The notes under the pieces are model-generated. The model was not told the DNA's origin. It ran no database searches and saw only the letters and a list, made by a program, of their open reading frames with translations. A stretch of 64,000 nt of DNA from Adineta vaga. Lineage: Eukaryota; Animalia; Rotifera. A program made the position numbers and the translations under genes. Below, in pieces: positions 55,301 to 64,000 of the stretch (its first letter is position 1; each line of letters opens with the position of its first letter). Location: NCBI GenBank assembly GCA_021613535.1, contig CP075497.1, forward strand, positions 10,106,001 to 10,170,000. The letters are read 5' to 3'.

Positions 55301-58300
55301 CACTAACAAATATACCTAGAAGAAAAACAATTTAAACAAATGAAATCGAATTTTTCTCGAAAATTACCTTCGAGATACATCCATTTACGTTGTACATTGA
55401 TCCATAATTCAATAACCTAGAAGAAAACAATTGCTATTTGAATTCAACGACAAATTTATTTTACTTCAGCAATATGTGATAAACTTTTTTCCCATTCTTG
55501 TACAGTTTTTAAGAATGGTCCAATGTATCTTGAGCCAGCCATACCTTGTAAAGCCATTGTATGATCATCTAATTGTTGTAAAACTTCATCACAAGCTCCT
55601 AATACATAACCACGATCTTGATTGCCTTTAACATATTTAATCACATTAAATTTCACTTTTTCCCATGCATCAACAACTTCACGTACACCCTAAATTGTCA
55701 TTTATTGTTCAGTATAATCGAAAAGAAATCTTTTATCTCTACCTTTTCAATTTGAAGTTCTTTCGTTGCTGATGTAACAATATTTTGAATAACATCATTG
55801 AAACGTTGTAAATTCATTTGAAAGAGATTTTCTAATGTAAATGATTCCGGATTCATATCAAATTCAATACTTGTTTCTTTCATCAATGTACGCCAATGAC
55901 GTTCACGTAAAGCTTCATTTTTCAAGTCTAACATTAATGGTAATGATTCTCGGAATTCTTTCATTCCTGTTTCGATTAATTTAGCTAATGGCATGCCTTT
56001 GACTTCACGTGGCATTTTCTTTAATTCTTTTATGAAATTTTCAATACCATCAATGAGTAATTGAACATCTAAATCACGCCATAATGTTTCCGACCAAATT
56101 TGTCGTGCTTTGATTTGAGATTCATATAATTGATATAATTTTTCTAAATTTTTCATTTCTTTTTGTACAACATACAATTCTGGATAGGATGAAATTGGTA
56201 AATTGAATAATTTCTCGGCATTCGTTAATTCTTGTTTTTCAGCTTCGATTTTTGTTAATTCATCACGATATGTTTTCATTAATTTTAAACCTTGTGGTAA
56301 TTCATCAGCAATTTTTATTGAACCAGGACCATGTTTAGCAAATTTATCTGCAAAAGCAACAATTGATTTTCTCAAACGATCAAGTTGAATAAGAGTAATT
56401 TCAGTGAAACGACTTTTAACACGTTTAAGATTAACATCACGATGTTTAGAATTGAGAAATATTTCATCCCAACGACGATTTAATGATTGAAGAATAGTTT
56501 TTTCTTCTTCACTTGTCTTGAAAAGAAAAGAAAAGAAATCAATTATTTCATAGAGTCAACGACTGTTTCTATCTTACTTTGTAATGATAACATTCTAATA
56601 GATTGTATTTATTTTTAACATCATTTGTCTTGGCTTCGATAATATCCGATTGACTTTGAATTTCTGCAATTGTTCGTAATACAAATTTCAAATCTTCTAA
56701 TGTATCTGTTGATAATTTCAAATTCTTTTCATATTCCTAAAATATCGAATAAAAGACACAACAACATTTAGAACGGATTGAATCAAAAACAAATAACTTT
56801 ACATCAAGTTTATCACGTAATTCAAATAATTTCGATTTAGCATCTTCAGCAAGAAACTTATTGAATATATTGATCGTTTCTTTTGCATGACCAGTTAAAT
56901 CATTTAAAAATGACGTTAAATTTAATTGTGCAAAATCGAAATCTTTCAAACGATTCATTGCTGTTAACTAAAACGACAAACAAAAACATATTCTTGATAG
57001 AAAATAGTTTATGAATAACTTACTTCATCAAGATTTTTCTGATATTTTGTTACTTCTTCATCGAATGTACCTAATGATGGATGTTTAGCGAAGAATTTCT
57101 CACAGACTGCCAACTAGATAGAAAATGTATTTTGAGAAAATCAAACTTGAATTTACTTAAATCGATTCTTTACTTTATCTGATCGCCATAGATGTTTGAA
57201 ATCACGAAATCTTAATAGGAATTTCTTCATATTAGCAATGGTATTTTGTACAACACTTTGTGCTGTAGCTGCTATTTCATGAATTTCAGGTATGTATTTA
57301 ATATCATCATAGAATGTATAGATATGTTCAGCTTCTTGACTTGATGATGAAGTTGTTGTTGCTGAATGTTTTGTATTTGTTGGAATAATAGCTGATGATG
57401 TTTCGAAATCGTTTGCTCCTTGAATACCTGATGTAGTCATAGCACTTTGTGATTTGTCGTACTTGACAGGTGTTACTTCGATACATGAACCGTCTTTCCA
57501 TCGATAGAAATAACTGGTACTAAATTGAAGAAAAACTCACTCATTTCAAGTAAAGTTTGATTAATTTAAAAATTCCCTCGTGTTATTTATATCATTAAAA
57601 TAACCATAACAATGTTAATTTGTACGTTCAAATTAATTTCAAGAAAGAAAAAAACAACGGACCAAAGCGAAATTAAGAAAAAGTATCAAGAAGATTTCTG
57701 TACACTATAAATCTTATCAGACTAAACAACCATGTATCAACGATCACCAAAAGAGAAAGGAGCGCATATGAAAGAAAGAAAGAAAGAAAAAGCGAACAAA
57801 AAAGTTATTTGGATGATAATTCTTTTGCACAAACAGTTTCATGTGCAACAGCTTCGCGCATTTGTAATGCTTTATTACGTAATTTAATCAAATGTTGTTG
57901 TTGATTATCGATAAGATTTATTAATTGTTTAGCATATTTTTCACGATCATAACTCATATGTGTTGAAGAATCAAGAACAGTTTGATGATTGGCAAGTAAA
58001 TGTGGTAATTCATCAAGAAATTCATGATGAGATTCTAATGTTAGATCTTCTAATTCATGAGAACGAGCAATTGCTTGTTCAAATTTACGTTTTGGTTGTT
58101 GATTTTTCAGTACTTTATTTTGAACATCTGAATGCGTTTTCGATATTGTTGTACGTGATGGTGCGACAACTTGTGTACTTGATTCATTCAAATATTCTTC
58201 ATCGTCATAATAATCGTCTTCATCAGGTGATGGAGAATCATCATGTATTGCTTGATTTGGTTTTTGATGAAGTTCAATACCACGTTGTTTTAATTCATCA

Positions 58301-61300
58301 ACATTCAATTCTTTGACACGATCAGCATATCGTAATGTATTTAATGTATGATCAACATCACTATTTCCAGGAGAAATCATAGCAATCATACAAACTTTAC
58401 ATTTTTCACCGATAAATGAATCACGAAGAACTTTTGTTAACGTTGAACCACGAAATGGAATATGTTCAGCATTACGACCCAGTGCACGTATACATTCTTT
58501 TAATGTTAATAATGATTTATTGATTTGAGCACCTTCCATTAATGTTATCTTATCATTTGTTTGAGTATCCCGACCACGTTCACTACCTGCAAGATCAATT
58601 AAAGAAATTTTTCCATATTCTTTATTTGTATTTTGTCGTTTTAAAATGATTTGAAAAACAGCATGAGAACGCGATGAATGTTCATTTGCTGATGTTGTAC
58701 CTGAAGTTCGTACACTCATTCCACGACGTATTAATGACATAACATCAGTGACAGATTCAACTTGTTCTTCTTTTTTTCCCACAACTTGAACTAAATTCTT
58801 ATGATCTTCTAATACACGTAAACGTTTCTTATCGTTAAATAAATCGAATACTTTAGTACAATAGATTTCAAAAAATGTACAATAAACATCAAATTGATCT
58901 CGATTTGGTGATTTATGTAATTGATGAAAGATATCATTTGCTGTTAATGCATAGATTCCTTTGGAAAAATCGACATCACGCTGACTTAAATCGCCACCCA
59001 TCGTATATGTTTTACCTGAATGAGAAGACGTCTGATTGAAAGATTGCTTTGTTTTTCATCATATTTAACTTACCAGAACCAGTTTGTCCATAAGCAAATA
59101 CCAATGGATTACATCCTTGAAATAATGAACGTACTAATGGTTTCGCCGTAAAATGATAAACAAGTTCATTGGTACATGATTCATGCATAGCATAATCAAA
59201 ACGAAATTTATGATTGTCAATATATTTCGTTAAATCAAGTTTAACTTTGGGTAAATGTACAACAACATGATCTTTATTTGGAATTGTTAAGACATCGATG
59301 TCTTTTTTATTCAATTCTTTTTTTGTTATTGGTCTTTTTCGTACGCAAACAGTAATTCTTAAATCTTTTTGTTGATCATTGATATTGAGATGTTTCATTC
59401 CAAGTTGTTGTCGATATTCATTAACCATTGCTTGAAATTCCCATGCTGGAACTGAAGGATCATTTTCCGATAATTTTTGTCGACGTTTTTCATGTACTAC
59501 TCGTCTTTGTTCACGATTTGCAGCTATACGTTCAATTTCTTTAACAACTTTTGATTTACTTGGATCGACCGAAGAATTCTGTTGTCGTTGTGGTGATTGT
59601 TCATTTACATTGGAGGTTCTGTCTAATCGTGATTGTCGTGGTAGTTTTTCAGAATCTTTTTTCACTTGACGATGTGTTTGCATAACATTATTTTCATTGA
59701 AATTATGATCATTATGATCCGTATCGAGATTTCGACTTATAGCACCAATACGTGAGGAAGATTGTGTGATTGATTGAAAGAGATTTGGATTAAGTTTCAC
59801 GACAGCATCTAAATCAACTTCTTTGCCTTTACCTTCATTCTTTTCTTGCCATTCAACAGTTATTGTTCGTATAGAATGATTAACATTGGTTATGACTGCT
59901 TGATGAATTCGACCGTTTGATCGTTGAATATCAACAACTTGACCAGAATGAAGACATGAAAGATATTGTTGAGAATTGAGACTCATTTGCTCGAGATTTT
60001 AATCTTTTAATTGATTGAATGCAAATGCAAATTAATCGTTGTTTTTTTTTCATAGATGAAGGAGGAGAAGAGAAAGTTTTATTTTTCTTCACTACGACTT
60101 CAAAACTTTACCATTTTTCTTGTCGTTTTCTTTTTTAATCGGTATCGTTAAAATGCGAACGCAACGAAGCAACAAACTCACATACAGATGTGATGAAAGC
60201 GTTTGTTCATATTTTTCTAAGAGAAGTCGTTGCCTAGAGATTTTGTGTAACGTCAAAAACAAGTTGAGAAAGAAAGAAAGGACAGAAAGAATAAGTAAGT
60301 GAGAGAGGAAAAAAACGAGAAGAAGACAGAACAAACGAGAACAATCAGACGAAAAAGAAAAATAAACTAGAGAGACAGCAATCGATGCTATTTTTAAAGT
60401 GGAATGTATAACACGCTTTCAACGGTGATTATTAACTAGACTTTTTTCCTTACTAAGAATAAAAAGTAAACTTTCAACTTACACTTCAACACAATCTCGC
60501 ATTGTTTGACGAAACAATTTGATGATTTCATTTTGATTCGGTTGCATAGCTACAGCTGGTACAACTAGTAGAGCATCAACATGAAACAAAGGTTTGGAGC
60601 CATGTTCCAATGTATCACGTAATGTTTTCAAATTCTCAGTGACAAGCTAATTAATGAAAGAATACAAATAAATGAGACTTTTTCATCTTCAATAAACAAA
60701 CAAAGATTTTACTTCAGTTAGAGTTGCAAGTATTTGCCTTTCCCAATAAGCATAATAAGCAGTCATTTTTGATGATTGAGATGTATTCGTATTAAAAACA
60801 AGGCCTTCGACTTTGGTAATTAACGGACCAATAAGTTTGTATTTTTTTTGTAATTCAAGTGCATCACGTCGTCGTTGAAATTCAACAAATTCAAAATATT
60901 CCTTTTTTTTTATTAAAAGAAAATTTATTTTATACTAAAAAATGAAACAATTGATTAGACTTACTCGACAATGGATCAGTGAACCATCAGCATTAAGTGG
61001 TGGTTCACGAAAAAGATTACATTGACGAATTTCATCGAGAAATATATGAACATCTTGAGCATTCTTTTTTACTTGATTTACTGTTGAATCAAGTTTCGAG
61101 ATCATCTTGAAAATAGAAAAAGCAATTTATACATATATTTCTTTTCATAGATTAACACTGATTCTTTACTTCAGATGTGACTGTAATAAATTTCTCATGA
61201 TTAGTAGAAATCCATGGTAATCGTTGCGTTCCTGTTTGCATATTTCGCTTTAACAATCGTAAATGATCTTCAAGTAAAGCTTGTTCATGTGGTTCAAGTG

Positions 61301-64000
61301 AATCAATGACACGATTGTAATGTTTAAGAACAATTTTCAATTGTGTAGAAATTTGTTTTAATTTTTCTTCCTATTCATTGAAAAACAAATTTAATGAATA
61401 TTATTCCTAAGATTTATCTTTAATTCTAATCTCAGCTTTGTTTTCATCGACATAATTTAGCAAACACATCGCTGAATAACTCGAAAAATTCAGGTCTTGG
61501 TGACCGTGACTTTAGAAAAACTCAAATCGATATAATTGATTTTCAACAAGTCTCAAAATAAAAATACATTAAGTATGTCTGCAGAACGCAACCTTCGGGA
61601 AGAAAATTCATCGCAAAAAAATTTCCTTTTCTTCTTCTTCTTACATTTAATGCTAAATGCCGAATATTTTCAGGTAAAATATAATCAAATTGTTCTAGGT
61701 ATCTTGCTTCTGTTGTCATTTCATTCAGTTGTGGATCATAATCAATAATATATCGAGGTGTATATGGATTTTGATCTATAAAGAAAACGCCGCCAATTCG
61801 ATTGTAAAATATTCTTTCAATAGATCAACATACTTTCAGCAAGTGGTAATTCTTTGAGAACATTTCGTTTTTGTAAAGTTGGAAGAATCTGTTCTGTACG
61901 TGCTCGCCATTCGGTAAATTTTGCATCTTCAAATGCTTTCATTTCTTTTGCTACTCGAAGATAATAACTTTTAATCTATAAATGAAAAACATCGTGAAAT
62001 AATTTGAATTCAATTAGTGCGAACTTACTTGTTTGCCGAATTCTGTTTGCATTAAAGTTTCTTTCGTATGTAAACGTAGCATTGTATGTTTAATGCGTCG
62101 AAATAATGAACGACTCCAAGCAATAGCACCAGAATATGGAGTTTGATTTTTATTCATTGGTGGATTATTTTTATTATGTTGGAAGATATTATTGATTTCT
62201 GAAATCTATAATATAGAGAAAAAAATGTAATAAAAATTTATGGATTATTTGACTTTGATCATTACTTCATTATCATATTGTCGTAAAATATCATTGAAAC
62301 GTTTATTCATTTCATCTTGCATTGTTAAACGAGTATTGTTTTTCTCGAATTTTAGTAACATATCAAAGGCACTTTCTGCCGAGCTGAAAATATAGATGAA
62401 TGATGAATAGTGAGGAGAATGAAAGTTTGATTTTTACCGTAAGTTTTTGAACGATTCGGAAGTGAAACTTTTAGTTTGATCATCGATTTCTTCGATTTGT
62501 TGAGCGTAATTTTGACGTACCATTTTCCATTTTTCGTAATCTTCAATACGAAATGGATCGCATGGTGCCTTGTTAAGAGAAGAAAAAGAAAAAAAATTGT
62601 TCATTTTGTTCAATAAGAATAATTACATGTTCGATTAATTCTAAGACTTTATGAACACGATCAAGAATTTCATTAATTTTCTGTGGTTTTCCAGTTACAG
62701 ATTTCAATTCGGGTGTAAATATTTTATAAAATTCTTCTAATTCTTTGGCAATATCAATAAAATCATTACAAATATGCGCCATATGATCTGTTATTCTAAA
62801 TAAACGTTTATTATCAAATTCCCATCGAGAATCGCGTCCCGATTTTTCAATTTCAGCTCGAACATCGATGTAAGCCTATAAAGAAAAGAATCAGTACATA
62901 TCTTTCTCAGAAAATCAATTTACTTGTTTCCAACGTTCTAACATAGTTTTAGCTTCTGTACATTTTTCGACAATTTCATTTGGTTGATAACTAAACCAAA
63001 AAAAGACAAAGTCAAAGAATGCAATATGTGTTATGATGATTCTATTCTTACCTAAATAATGTTCGAACGTTGATACAACGTGCAACCCGATCACATAATT
63101 GATGAGCAATACGTTCCATTAAAGGTACCATACGTTCATCACGATTATAATGTCGAGAGATAATCCAAACCATACGTAAGGCACTCATCATTTTTGGAAT
63201 AGTTTCAGTTACAACACGAAATGATACACCATGAGTGACATTTTTGAAATGACGTTCAAGAGTTGAGAGAAACCTATTGAATAAAATTCATCCGCGTTGA
63301 AACTAATGAATTGCTTTATTAAAAGATTCTTACTTGACGTTATCTTTTGCTTCGAAATAATATTTTGATAAATCTGCGCGAGTATCACGAAAGGAGGATG
63401 CTGCTGCGTTTTCAGCTGTTTCAAGTTTTTCTAAGACTTTTTCGACATGTTCTTGTTTGGTTTGTTCATATAAACTACTTAATGAAATATTACGTTCACG
63501 CCACCAATCAATTTCTCCCAATGGGCCAGGTGTTTGTGCTGTCTAGAAATGAGAAAAATCAAATTTTATCTCGATTATTTCTTATTTTCTTATTTACTTT
63601 TTTCAATTCACGTTCAAGTGCTTCACGAATTTCACCATTCCATTTATATACAAGACTTTCAGCTTGTTCAATCATATCTTTATTTGATTTAACGATCTTA
63701 TTGACATCGAAATGTTGTGGTAATTCGAGACGAACTTCGCCTTGAATAAAAAATCCATTAGTTATTCTGAAAATATTAAAAATAATAATATTTACCTTCA
63801 AGTTGACGAAGTGTTAAACCAATTTGATTGAGAAATTTTTGTAATTGAATTAAAAATTCATCCCGTAACATAGTTCGTACTTCCAATTCATGTTTACGTC
63901 GCTAAATCACAAGAAAAAAACAACAAATAGAAACTACATAACAAAATTCATTGTGTAACTAACTTGTTCAGCACGCATTTGTTTCTCGTGCTCTTCACTT
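43364..64000 (-). CDS. DNAH10: Axonemal dynein heavy chain 10 (inner-arm I1/f alpha type), 5' end outside window, dozens of short introns
   Basis: AAA1 GPAGTGKTE and [11 protein letters not shown]2 [11 protein letters not shown]3 GESGTSKT (DNAH10-like), AAA4 GVGGSGK, stalk, AAA5/6. C-terminal [34 protein letters not shown] resembles DNAH10. Stop at 43364-43366. Confidence 0.92.
53946..53957 (-). other. 12-nt obligatory microexon in the dynein AAA1 Walker A motif
   Basis: ttttag|CTGGTCCTGCCG|gtatga is required to give GCAP-AGPA-GTGKTE. Confidence 0.9.
57805..59986 (-). CDS. Kinesin-13 (KIF2A/B/C, Klp10A-like) microtubule depolymerase, 707 aa, nested in a DNAH10 intron
   Basis: Two exons (59074-59986, 57805-59015) with a 58-nt intron inside the P-loop GQTGSG|KTYTM. 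N-terminal [16 protein letters not shown] domain, neck, VCVRKRP, KLDLTKY, SSRSH, DLAGSER and LKECIRAL. Confidence 0.95.

Noticed and set aside
44101-63745. Plus-strand ORFs antisense to dynein and kinesin
   Set aside because: Shadows of minus-strand coding exons with no independent motifs.

Overview
AT-rich eukaryotic (animal) genomic DNA with many short GT-AG introns (mostly about 45-65 nt). This style suggests a bdelloid rotifer or similar compact invertebrate genome, which is an inference only. By hand-splicing I reconstruct 13 protein-coding genes: a WWP/ITCH-type C2-4xWW-HECT ligase, a long ankyrin-repeat protein, a divergent RPL10A/uL1, a divergent Pitx-like K50 homeobox gene, an SLC52 riboflavin transporter, an uncharacterised two-domain Cys-rich probable GPI-anchored protein (missing from the ORF track), srGAP, PMCA, PDE1, a Shisa-like/STMC6 PY-motif membrane protein, Evi1/PRDM16 (hamlet/egl-43) with about 9 kb of largely non-coding flank, a 5'-truncated axonemal dynein DNAH10, and a complete kinesin-13 (KIF2-like). 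The most striking structure is the kinesin-13 gene, nested on the SAME strand inside a 2.96-kb intron of the dynein heavy chain. That dynein also has a remodelled microtubule-binding domain, a 12-nt microexon in its AAA1 P-loop, and a frame-preserving candidate microexon in each of four oversized introns. I recognised no tRNA/rRNA, transposon, CRISPR array or clearly horizontally acquired gene. Family comparisons are from memory; no searches were run.
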